Source of the DNA: Solirubrobacterales bacterium
Lineage (GTDB): Bacteria > Actinomycetota > Thermoleophilia > Solirubrobacterales > 70-9
Length of the DNA: 32,568 nucleotides
NCBI GenBank assembly: GCA_035703345.1
Contig: DASSYK010000012.1
Span: 1 to 32,568, forward strand
Reading direction: 5' to 3'
This document shows positions 9,279-16,793 of the stretch, in pieces (position 1 is the first letter of the stretch; every line of letters begins with the position of its first letter). A program made the translations under genes and the position numbers. Below the pieces are notes generated by a model. The model made no database searches. It worked only from the letters and a program-made list of their open reading frames with translations, and was not told where the DNA came from.

Positions 9279-9899
9279 CTAGTCGACCTCTCCGCCGACC
9301 TCGAAGCGGGAGAAGCGGGCGATCTGGACGTTCTCGCCGGTCTTGGCGGCGACCTCCGTGCGCAGATCCTCGATCGTCTTGCCCTCGTAGCGCTCCTCGT
9401 TGAAGTGCTTCTGGTCGAGCAACACGATCTCCGAGGCCCACTTCTTGAGCTGCCCCTCGACGATCTTCCCGACGACGTCGTCGGGCTTGCCGTCCTCCTT
9501 GGCCTTCTCGGTCAGGATCCGGCGCTCGTTCTCGCGGTCCTCCTCGGGGATGTCCTCGAAGCTGACGTGCAGCGGGTTCATCGCGGTGACGTGGATCGCG
9601 ACCTGGCGCGCGAACTCCTGGAAGTCCTCGTTGCGCGCGACGAAGTCGGTCTCGCACCGGATCTCGACGAGGGCGCCCTTGCGGCTGTCGGCGTGGATGT
9701 AGGAGGCGATCACGCCCTCGGACGTGCTCCGTCCGCCGCGCTTCGCGGCCGAAGCCGCGCCCTTCTTGCGCAGGATCTCGATCGCCTTCTCGGTGTCCCC
9801 GCCGGCCTCCTGGAGGGCCGCCTTGCAGTCCATCATCCCCGCGCCGGTGCGGTCACGGAGCGCCTTGACGTCGGCGGCGCTGATCTTCGTCGCGGCCAT
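9279..9899 (-). CDS. tsf: Elongation factor Ts, short form (206 aa)
   Basis: N-terminal UBA-like segment ISAADVKALRDRTGAGMMDCKAAL. The ATG shares 1 nt with the rpsB stop (TGATG). Confidence 0.93.
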   Translation of the reverse strand: MAATKISAADVKALRDRTGAGMMDCKAALQEAGGDTEKAIEILRKKGAASAAKRGGRSTSEGVIASYIHADSRKGALVEIRCETDFVARNEDFQEFARQVAIHVTAMNPLHVSFEDIPEEDRENERRILTEKAKEDGKPDDVVGKIVEGQLKKWASEIVLLDQKHFNEERYEGKTIEDLRTEVAAKTGENVQIARFSRFEVGGEVD

Positions 9900-10954
9900 C
9901 AGGAGCCCCCTTCCTCGGTGGTCGCGGGGGGCGACTCATCGCCGGCATCTGCTCCGCTCGCACTCGCTTCACTCGTGCTCGCCTCCGCGCTGCCGGGTGG
10001 CTGCGCGGCAGCGGCGGGCTCGCTGGGGGCTTCTTCCGCGGGGTTCGACTGCGGTTCGGCCTTGGGAGCCGCCTCGGCCTTGGCCTTCTGCTCCGCGTCC
10101 GCCTTGGTCTTCTGCTCGGCGGCCGCGCGAGCCTTGGCCTCCGCCTCGGCCTTGGCCTTCTCCTCGGCCTCCTTCTTGGCCTTCTCCTCGGCCTCGCGCC
10201 GCTTGCGCTCCTCTTCCTCCTTGCGACGCTTCTCCTCCTCCTCGGCCTTGCGGCGGGCCTCCTCCTCGCGCCAGACCGACGCGGAGGCGTCGATCGCCTC
10301 GCCGAGTGTGCGGATGATCAGGCCGTCGGAGCGGATCGCGTCATCGTTGCCTGGGATCACGAAGTCCACCGGGGTCGGGTCGCAGTTGGTGTCGACCAGG
10401 CCGATGATCGGGATCTCGAGGCGCTTGGCCTCGCGCAGCGCGATCTCCTCGGTCTTGAGGTCGACGATCACGACCGCGTCGGGCAGCCGCTGCATGTCCG
10501 CCACGCCACCGAGGTTGAACTCGAGCTTGCGCAGCTCGGCCTCCATCGTCATGCGCTCCTTGGTCGGGAGCAGGTCGAGCCGGCCGTCCTCCCTGAGGCC
10601 GCGCAGCTCGTGGAGGCGCTGGATGCGCTTCTTGATCGTGTTGAAGTTCGTCAGCAGCCCGCCGAGCCAGCGCCGGCTCACGTAGGGCATGCCACAGCGC
10701 TCCGCCCACTCCTCGACCGCGTCGCGCGCCTGCTTCTTGGTGCCGACGAAGAGGACGGTCCCGCCCTTCCGGGCAACGTCGGAGACGAAGTCCGTCGCCT
10801 TGTTCAGCAGCTCCTCGGTCTGGAGGAGGTCGATGATGTGGATGCCCTCGCGCTCGCCATGGATGTAGCGGCGCATGCGCGGGTTCCATCGCCGCGTCTG
10901 GTGACCGAAGTGAACTCCGGCCTCCAGCAGCTCTCTGATGCCTACCTCGGCCAT
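9899..10954 (-). CDS. rpsB: 30S ribosomal protein S2 with a long charged, low-complexity C-terminal tail (351 aa)
   Basis: Motif LLEAGVHFGHQTRRWNPRMRRYI. The conserved S2 core runs to about residue 228 and is followed by an E/K/A-rich tail. The SD GGGAAGGA lies upstream of the ATG at 10954. Confidence 0.95.
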   Translation of the reverse strand: MAEVGIRELLEAGVHFGHQTRRWNPRMRRYIHGEREGIHIIDLLQTEELLNKATDFVSDVARKGGTVLFVGTKKQARDAVEEWAERCGMPYVSRRWLGGLLTNFNTIKKRIQRLHELRGLREDGRLDLLPTKERMTMEAELRKLEFNLGGVADMQRLPDAVVIVDLKTEEIALREAKRLEIPIIGLVDTNCDPTPVDFVIPGNDDAIRSDGLIIRTLGEAIDASASVWREEEARRKAEEEEKRRKEEEERKRREAEEKAKKEAEEKAKAEAEAKARAAAEQKTKADAEQKAKAEAAPKAEPQSNPAEEAPSEPAAAAQPPGSAEASTSEASASGADAGDESPPATTEEGGS

Positions 10955-11104
10955 CTTGTCCTTCCCATTCGCTTTGCTCTTCGCGAGCGGGGCCGTCCGT
11001 GGCCTCGCTCCTGGATGCCTCGCCGCCGCGGTGGGGAACCCGGGCCGTGGCCCGAGCAGCGTCCCCGCGCCTTGCGACGAGGGTCGGATTACGTTCGGCG
11101 GGGG

Positions 11105-11110
11105 ATTGTA
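11105..11110 (-). promoter_or_regulatory. Candidate -10 box TACAAT for the rpsB operon
   Basis: TACAAT is read on the minus strand about 150 nt upstream of the rpsB ATG, inside a 248-nt intergenic region. No convincing -35 element was found. Confidence 0.3.
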
Positions 11111-11202
11111 GAGAGCCTCACATTCACCGGCATCTACTCGGGCTTCGCCCTGCGGGGATGCCGGGTTGCGACGCGAGCGCGGGGGCTGCTGAGGCTCGCC
11201 CG

Positions 11203-11877
11203 CTACCGCGTACGGGCTTCGTCCAGGGCCGCCTGAAGGTCAGCCGGCAGAGGGGATTCGAAGCTCAGCTCGCGTCCGTCGACCGGGTGGCGCAGGGCCA
11301 GGCGCTGCGCGTGCAGGAACTGGCGCCCGAGCCCGTGCCTGCCCGCCGTGCCGTACTCGGGGTCGCCCGCCAGCGGGTGCCCGATCGCCGCGAAGTGGAC
11401 CCGGATCTGGTGCGTGCGGCCCGTCTCCAGGCGGGCGCGGACGAGCGTGTCCGCGGGGAGCCGCTCGATGACCTCGAAGTGCGTGCGGGCCTCGCGCTCG
11501 CCGGCGCCGCGCACGGCGCGCCGCGTGCGCCGGCGCCTGTCCCGCCCGAGCGGAGCGTCGATCGTGCCCGTGCGCGACCCGAGCGTCCCCTCGACCAGCG
11601 CGCTGTACTCGCGCACGACCTCGCGCGCCTTGATCTGGCGCGAGAGCTCCGCGTGGGCCTGATCGGTGCGCGCGACCACCATCAACCCGGAGGTGTCCTT
11701 GTCGAGGCGGTGGACGATGCCGCGTCGCTCGGCCTCGCCGCCCCCGGCGCGCTCGCCGAGCCACTCGACCAGGGTCGGTCCGCGGTGCGAGGGGGCGGGG
11801 TGCACGACCAGCCCGGCGGGCTTGTCGAGAATGATGATCGCCTCGTCCTCGAAGACGATTCGCGGCTCGGCGCTCAC
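11203..11877 (-). CDS. rluD: RluA-family 23S rRNA pseudouridine synthase in the RluD position, with no S4 domain (224 aa)
   Basis: Motifs HRLDKDTSG and GRTHQIRVH. The GTG at 11877 overlaps the lspA stop (GTGA). The upstream part of ORF 11203..12300 is out-of-frame overlap with lspA. Confidence 0.8.
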   Translation of the reverse strand: MSAEPRIVFEDEAIIILDKPAGLVVHPAPSHRGPTLVEWLGERAGGGEAERRGIVHRLDKDTSGLMVVARTDQAHAELSRQIKAREVVREYSALVEGTLGSRTGTIDAPLGRDRRRRTRRAVRGAGEREARTHFEVIERLPADTLVRARLETGRTHQIRVHFAAIGHPLAGDPEYGTAGRHGLGRQFLHAQRLALRHPVDGRELSFESPLPADLQAALDEARTR

Positions 11878-12341
11878 GATTCGGGCGGGTCGCGCTCGCG
11901 TTCCGGCAGCAGGATCAGCAGGAAGACGCCGGCGACGATCGCGACGTCGGCGAGGTTGAACGTCGCCCAGAACGGCAGGTCGACGAAATCCGTGACGGCT
12001 CCGTCCCGCACCCGGTCGGCGAGGTTGCCGAGCGCGCCGCCGATCAGCAGGCCCGCGGGAAGCCAGATCGCGACCCCGACCCGGCCGCGCCCGCCGAGGT
12101 AGACGAGCAGGCCCAGCAGGAGCAGCATCGTGGCGCCGATCAGCACCGGCGAGACGCCGTCCGCCATGCCGAAGGCGACCCCCTTGTTGCGCGTGTTCGT
12201 CAGGTCGAGGAACGGCAGGACCTCGACCTCGTCCCCGCGGCCGATGCGGTCCCGGACGACGTACTTGCTGGCCTGGTCCAAGACGACGACCACGCCGCAC
12301 ATCGCCAGCGCGAGCACCGCAGCTCGGAGGCGGCCGCTCAA
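11874..12341 (-). CDS. lspA: Lipoprotein signal peptidase II (about 155 aa)
   Basis: Motifs NTRNKGVAFGM and FNLADVAIV, which carry the catalytic Asp residues, plus four TM segments. The proposed start is the TTG at 12341, which overlaps the yggT stop (TTGA). The start call is less certain than the gene call. Confidence 0.8.
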   Translation of the reverse strand: MSGRLRAAVLALAMCGVVVVLDQASKYVVRDRIGRGDEVEVLPFLDLTNTRNKGVAFGMADGVSPVLIGATMLLLLGLLVYLGGRGRVGVAIWLPAGLLIGGALGNLADRVRDGAVTDFVDLPFWATFNLADVAIVAGVFLLILLPERERDPPES

Positions 12342-12649
12342 CCCGCGATCAGCCCGACGACGATGCGCTCCACGATCAGCAGGACGATGATCGCGAGGAT
12401 CGGGCTGATGTCGATCGCCATCCCGCCGCCGCCGAGCGGCGGCAGCAGGCGGCGGAAGACGTTCAGGTACGGGTCCGTGGTCTCGTGGACGAAGTCGACG
12501 AACCCGCGCAGCGCCCGGTTGTAGGGCATCCGCGGGATCCACGAGAGCAGGATCCGGACGAAGATCAGGACGAAGTAGACGAGGAAGAGCGCGCCGACGT
12601 AGTCGGCCACGTCGTTCCGGGTGAGAGCAAGCAGCGGCTGCAGGCTCAT
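12338..12649 (-). CDS. yggT: YggT family membrane protein (103 aa)
   Basis: Typical YggT layout and sequence (…FVRILLSWIP…PYLNVFRRLLPP…). The ATG overlaps the proC stop (ATGA). Confidence 0.85.
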   Translation of the reverse strand: MSLQPLLALTRNDVADYVGALFLVYFVLIFVRILLSWIPRMPYNRALRGFVDFVHETTDPYLNVFRRLLPPLGGGGMAIDISPILAIIVLLIVERIVVGLIAG

Positions 12650-13434
12650 CCGCTCAGCCCCCGAGCCCGCTCCAGCGAGGCGTCCACCGCCGCGCGCAGC
12701 GCCTCGTCGACCTTCCGCTCGGTGAGCGCGTCCAGCCCCGCCTCGGTCATGCCGCCGGGTGACGCCACCGCCTGCTTCAGCGCCGCCGGCTGATGCAGGT
12801 CGAGCAGCCCGCCGGTCGCCGCCATCGAGCGAGCGACCATGCGCAGGGCCTGATCCTCGGTGAGGCCGGTCTTGACCCCCTCCTCCACCAGCACCTCGGC
12901 CATCAGGGCGAGGTAGCCCGGGGAGCAGCCCATCAGCGCCGTCGCGGCGTCGATCAGGCCCTCGTCGAGCTCGATCACGTCGCCGAGCAGCCCGAGCAGC
13001 GCCGTCGCCTGGTCGCGCCGCTCCTGCTCGAGCTCCTCGGGGAACGCGACGCAGAACACGCCCTGGCGGAGCTGCGCGCCGAGGTTGGGCATCACCCGCA
13101 CGAGCTCGATGCCCGGCAGGGCCTCCTGGAGCCGCTCGACGGAGGTGCCGGCGAGGATCGAGAGCACGGGCGTGCGGGCTTCGACCAGGTCGGCCGCGAC
13201 GTCGTCGAGGACGTTGGGCTTGACCGCCAGCAGCACCAGGTCGGCGGCACCGGCCACGGCGCGGTTCGAGTCCAGGGCCTCGCCTCCGACCTCGGAGGCG
13301 AGCTCCTGCGCGCGCTCCGCCGACGCGTCGGCGAACACCATCGCGTCGGGGGCGCCGGGCTCCCCGGACGCCCTGGCCCAGCCGCGAGCCAGCCCGGTGG
13401 CCATGTTCCCAGCGCCGATGAATCCGACCTTCAC
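12646..13434 (-). CDS. proC: Pyrroline-5-carboxylate reductase (262 aa)
   Basis: Rossmann motif VGFIGAGNMATGLARG and ASPGGMTEAGL near the C-terminus. GTG start at 13434. The rest of ORF 12646..14133 overlaps sepF in another frame. Confidence 0.9.
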   Translation of the reverse strand: MKVGFIGAGNMATGLARGWARASGEPGAPDAMVFADASAERAQELASEVGGEALDSNRAVAGAADLVLLAVKPNVLDDVAADLVEARTPVLSILAGTSVERLQEALPGIELVRVMPNLGAQLRQGVFCVAFPEELEQERRDQATALLGLLGDVIELDEGLIDAATALMGCSPGYLALMAEVLVEEGVKTGLTEDQALRMVARSMAATGGLLDLHQPAALKQAVASPGGMTEAGLDALTERKVDEALRAAVDASLERARGLSG

Positions 13435-13451
13435 GGCCGGGACTCTAGAAG

Positions 13452-14048
13452 CTAGCTCTGGTTGAAGAAGCCGCCCTCGAGGATGCGCGCCTTCTCCTCG
13501 GCGCTGACGTCCACGTTGGCGGGAGTGAGCAGGAAGATGCCCTGGGAGATCCGTTGCATGCCTCCGCCGAGGGCGTAGGTCATGCCGGACGAGAAGTCGA
13601 TCAGGCGCTTGGCCAGTTCGCGGTCGGAGTTCTGGAGGTTGATGATCACCGGCTTTTGCCGCTTGAACTCGTCGGCGACCTGCTGGGCGTCGTTGAAGCT
13701 GCGCGGGGTGACTACGTGCATCGAGAAGTCGGAGCCTCCGCGCCCACCGCCGCCGTTGCCGGAGCGACGTCCACGCCTGGGCGCCTGCTCCTCGTCGACC
13801 GCACGCAGGCGGCTGCGGCGCGGAGCGGGCTCGTCGCCGAAGATGTCGTCGATGTCGTCCTCGCGGCCGCGCCTGCTGCCGCGGATGCTGCTCACGGGCG
13901 CCGCCTCGCGCGGAGCCGCGGTGGTTTCGTCCAGCGCCATCTCCGAGCCGGTGTCCGCCTCGTCGTAGTACTCGCCCTCCTCGATGTAATCGCCCTCGAC
14001 GAGGCCGAAGTACTCGAGCGAGCGTCGCCATGTGTCCTTGAAGCTCAT
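13452..14048 (-). CDS. sepF: Cell division protein SepF (198 aa)
   Basis: N-terminal MSFKDTWRRSLEYFGLVE, a disordered linker and the conserved C-terminal domain VTPRSFNDAQQVADEFKRQKPVIINL. Confidence 0.9.
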   Translation of the reverse strand: MSFKDTWRRSLEYFGLVEGDYIEEGEYYDEADTGSEMALDETTAAPREAAPVSSIRGSRRGREDDIDDIFGDEPAPRRSRLRAVDEEQAPRRGRRSGNGGGGRGGSDFSMHVVTPRSFNDAQQVADEFKRQKPVIINLQNSDRELAKRLIDFSSGMTYALGGGMQRISQGIFLLTPANVDVSAEEKARILEGGFFNQS

Positions 14049-14153
14049 CAGCGCTCAGTTTCGGCTTTCCGCTCCTTATTCCTTTTCCCGGAGCGGAAGA
14101 TTCCAGTCCGAACAGGATAGTGCGAGAGCGCACGAGTCCTGCATGTTCCCCGG

Positions 14154-14789
14154 CTACCCGTAGAGCACCGTCCCTACGCGGATGATCGTCGCGCCCTCCT
14201 CGACTGCGACCGGCCAGTCCTGGCTCGTGCCCATCGAGAGCCGCTCGAGGCCGTGCGCGGCCGCCAGCTCGGCGAGGCGCGCGAAGTAGGGCCGGGAGGC
14301 CTCGGGGTCATCGGCGAAGGGCGGCATCGTCATCAGGCCCTCGACGCGGGCGGGGCAGCGCTCGATGAAGCCGGCCAGCTCCTCGGGCGGCACCCCGCCC
14401 TTGCTCTCCTCGCCGGAGAGGTTGACCTCGACCAGCACGGACGTGTCGGGGGTGCCGTGCTTGGCGAGCTGCTCGAGCACCGAGTCGGTCGCAACCGAGT
14501 GGATCAGGCGCACGAGCGGCAGGATCCGGCGGACCTTGCGGCTCTGGAGGTTCCCGATGAAGTCCCAGGCGAATGCGTCGCCCCAGCGCTCGCGCTTGGC
14601 CTCGAGATCCTGGAGGCGGTTCTCGCCGACGAGTGTGACCCCGGCCTCCGCCAGCGCACCCATCGCCTCGACGGGCACGTACTTGGTGGCGGCGAGGATC
14701 TCCACCTCGTCGCCGGCCCGCTCGCGGATGCGCTCGAGGTTGGCGCGGACGCGCGCGGGGTCCAGGTCGTCGAACCGCCGCACGGCCAT
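14154..14789 (-). CDS. yggS: YggS-family pyridoxal-phosphate homeostasis protein (211 aa)
   Basis: AATKYVP (the PLP lysine) and SMGTSQDWPVAVEEGATIIRVGTVLYG. The ATG shares 1 nt with the pgeF stop (TGATG). Confidence 0.9.
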   Translation of the reverse strand: MAVRRFDDLDPARVRANLERIRERAGDEVEILAATKYVPVEAMGALAEAGVTLVGENRLQDLEAKRERWGDAFAWDFIGNLQSRKVRRILPLVRLIHSVATDSVLEQLAKHGTPDTSVLVEVNLSGEESKGGVPPEELAGFIERCPARVEGLMTMPPFADDPEASRPYFARLAELAAAHGLERLSMGTSQDWPVAVEEGATIIRVGTVLYG

Positions 14790-15547
14790 CAGGCGGCCAC
14801 CTCCCGCCCGTCGGCCTCGAGCCAGGCGAGCCCGGCCTGGCGGCCCGTGCGCTCGCCGTCGCGGCGGTGCGAGTAGAGCAGCCCGGGATTGCAGCTGGTG
14901 CAGAGCTCGGCCGCGTCGACCTGCTCCACCCCTGCCCGCTGCAGCAGCCGGCGGGCCACCGCGGTGAGGTCGAGCATCCGGCCCTCGGCGACGCCGTCGA
15001 GGCCGGAGAAGGCCGCGAGCACCTCCTCGCCGACCTCGTAGCAGCAGGGACCGATGCCCGGCCCGATCGCGGCAGCGGTCGCGTCCACGCGCTGCGCGGC
15101 CGTCGCGAGGATGCCGCCGGCGAGCCCGCGCCAGCCGCCGTGCGCCATCGCGACGCCGCCGGGGCCTGCCAGCGCGACCGGCAGGCAGTCGGCGGTCATC
15201 ACGAGCGGCACGAGGCCGGGCTGGTCCGTCGCGTGGGCGTCGGCCTCGACCGGGCTGGGGACGACGTCGGCGAATACGCGCGGCTCCTGCGGGTGGTCGT
15301 GCCAGACCAGATCGGCGCCGTGCACCTGGCGCGCCATCACGACGTTCTCGGGCGCGATCCCCAGCGCGGCCGCAAGGGCGCGGCGGTTGTCGTGCACTCG
15401 GCCCGGCTCGTCGCCCGTCTTGACGGCGACGTTCAGGGAGTCGTAGGGCGGCTCGCTCACGCCCCCCGCCCGCGTCGAGAAGGCCGCGCGGGCGCCGGGC
15501 AGGCCGGCCTCCAGCCAGCGCAGGCCGTCTCGCTCGCGCCATTCCAT
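14789..15547 (-). CDS. pgeF: Peptidoglycan editing factor PgeF / YfiH (DUF152, laccase-domain) protein (252 aa)
   Basis: Motifs FSTRAGGVSEPPYDSLNV, TADCLPV and HGGWRG. ATG at 15547. Confidence 0.85.
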   Translation of the reverse strand: MEWRERDGLRWLEAGLPGARAAFSTRAGGVSEPPYDSLNVAVKTGDEPGRVHDNRRALAAALGIAPENVVMARQVHGADLVWHDHPQEPRVFADVVPSPVEADAHATDQPGLVPLVMTADCLPVALAGPGGVAMAHGGWRGLAGGILATAAQRVDATAAAIGPGIGPCCYEVGEEVLAAFSGLDGVAEGRMLDLTAVARRLLQRAGVEQVDAAELCTSCNPGLLYSHRRDGERTGRQAGLAWLEADGREVAA

Positions 15548-15557
15548 CGCCCGCAGG

Positions 15558-16733
15558 CTAGTCAGTGGCACTGCCGGGCTCCTCGGCCGCCGCGAGGGCG
15601 ACCCGGAACTCGCCGTCGCGGTCGGAGACGGTGCCGTCCAGCTTCGCCGCAAGGGCGGCGTTCAGGGCGCGCCCGATGGCCGGGCCCTCCGGGACGCCGG
15701 CCTCGATCAGGTCGTAGCCCGTGATCTCGAGGTCCACGTGGCGCAGGCGCTCGGCGAAGTCGTCCAGCCAGCGCGCCCCGGCCGCCCGCGCGATGGCCAG
15801 CACCTCCGCGGAGTGGTCGTGGGCGAGGACGTGGATCTCCGCCGGCGAGCCGGGCGTCTTGTGGTGGCTGAGCCTGGCGGCCCTGCCCCGCAGGCTGCGC
15901 GCGCGCTCGGCCGGGGCGATCGCGAGCAGGATCGCGGTGTCGCGGTCGGCGAACTCCGCCCAGATCGGGTCGGCCTCGAACAGCCGCTCCAGGGCTGCGG
16001 CGAGCTTCGGCGCCGTGCCCAGGTCGAGCAGGCCCCAGTCGGCGATCAGCGCCAGCGCGCGGCTCGGCTGCTCCTCGATCGCGATCTTCCCGAGCTCGCC
16101 GATGATCCGGTCCTGGGAGACGGTCTCCAGGTCGGCGGCGCGGAGCTGGCGGGCGGTCTCCGGCTCCAGCTCGAACCCGAGCCGGGCGACGTAGCGCGCC
16201 GCGCGCAGCGCGCGGGTGGGGTCGTCCGCGAACGAGCCCGGGTGCAGCACGCGCAGCAGGCCCGCGCGCAGGTCGTCCAGGCCCCCGTGGGGGTCGATCA
16301 ACTCGGGCTCGCCGGCCAACGGAACGGCCATCGCGTTCATCGTGAAGTCGCGGCGCGCGAGGTCGTCGGCGATCGTCGCGGGGGCGACGTCGGGGAGCGC
16401 GCCCGGGTGGGCGTAGGTCTCGGTGCGGGCGCGCCCGATGTCGACGTCGAGCTCGCCGACCAGCACGTTGGCGGTCTGGAAGCGCTCGTGCTCGACCAGC
16501 TCGCCGCCGAGCGCCTCGGCGATCGGCCCGAAGTCGGACTCGACCACGATGTCCAGGTCGCTGCGCGCCTCGCCGCGCAGGAGGTCCCGCACGGCCCCGC
16601 CGACAAGGTAGGCGGGGGCGGCGCCCGCCGCGGCGCGCAGCTCGGCGATGCCGGGAAGCGCGTCGAGGCGCTCTCCGAGGGCGGAGGGGTCGATCTGCGG
16701 ATCGGCGGACATTCGCTGCGAGTTACCTACCAT
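15558..16733 (-). CDS. cca: Class II nucleotidyltransferase of the CCA-adding enzyme / poly(A) polymerase family (about 391 aa)
   Basis: Motifs YLVGGAVRDLLRGEARSDLDIVVE and RRDFTMNAMA. The start is the ATG at 16733, with an alternative ATG at 16712. The N-terminal 318 aa of ORF 15558..17687 is antisense to the beta-propeller gene and was discarded. Confidence 0.75.
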   Translation of the reverse strand: MVGNSQRMSADPQIDPSALGERLDALPGIAELRAAAGAAPAYLVGGAVRDLLRGEARSDLDIVVESDFGPIAEALGGELVEHERFQTANVLVGELDVDIGRARTETYAHPGALPDVAPATIADDLARRDFTMNAMAVPLAGEPELIDPHGGLDDLRAGLLRVLHPGSFADDPTRALRAARYVARLGFELEPETARQLRAADLETVSQDRIIGELGKIAIEEQPSRALALIADWGLLDLGTAPKLAAALERLFEADPIWAEFADRDTAILLAIAPAERARSLRGRAARLSHHKTPGSPAEIHVLAHDHSAEVLAIARAAGARWLDDFAERLRHVDLEITGYDLIEAGVPEGPAIGRALNAALAAKLDGTVSDRDGEFRVALAAAEEPGSATD

Positions 16734-16793
16734 GTGCGCTCGCCGAATGGCCTGGGATCCCGGCGCGCATCCGTACATGCAGGCAGGGACGAG

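Noticed and set aside
9902-10270. Repetitive DNA (gccttggcc / ttctcctcggcc units) that superficially resembles a tandem-repeat or CRISPR-like array.
   Set aside because: The repeats are short, imperfect and in frame within rpsB, where they encode the E/K/A-rich tail. There are no regular repeat-spacer units or cas genes.
8712-10685. Very long alternative-frame and antisense ORFs, for example 8712..10685 (+, 657 aa), 5573..7060 (-, 495 aa), 24462..26177 (-, 571 aa), 8596..9657 (-), 19115..20404 (-) and 24830..25960 (+).
   Set aside because: They overlap genes that have unmistakable conserved motifs (pyrH/tsf/rpsB, cdsA, murA, hisA). Their translations are Arg/Pro/Gly/Ala-rich low-complexity strings, as expected from stop-codon-poor off-frames in very GC-rich DNA.
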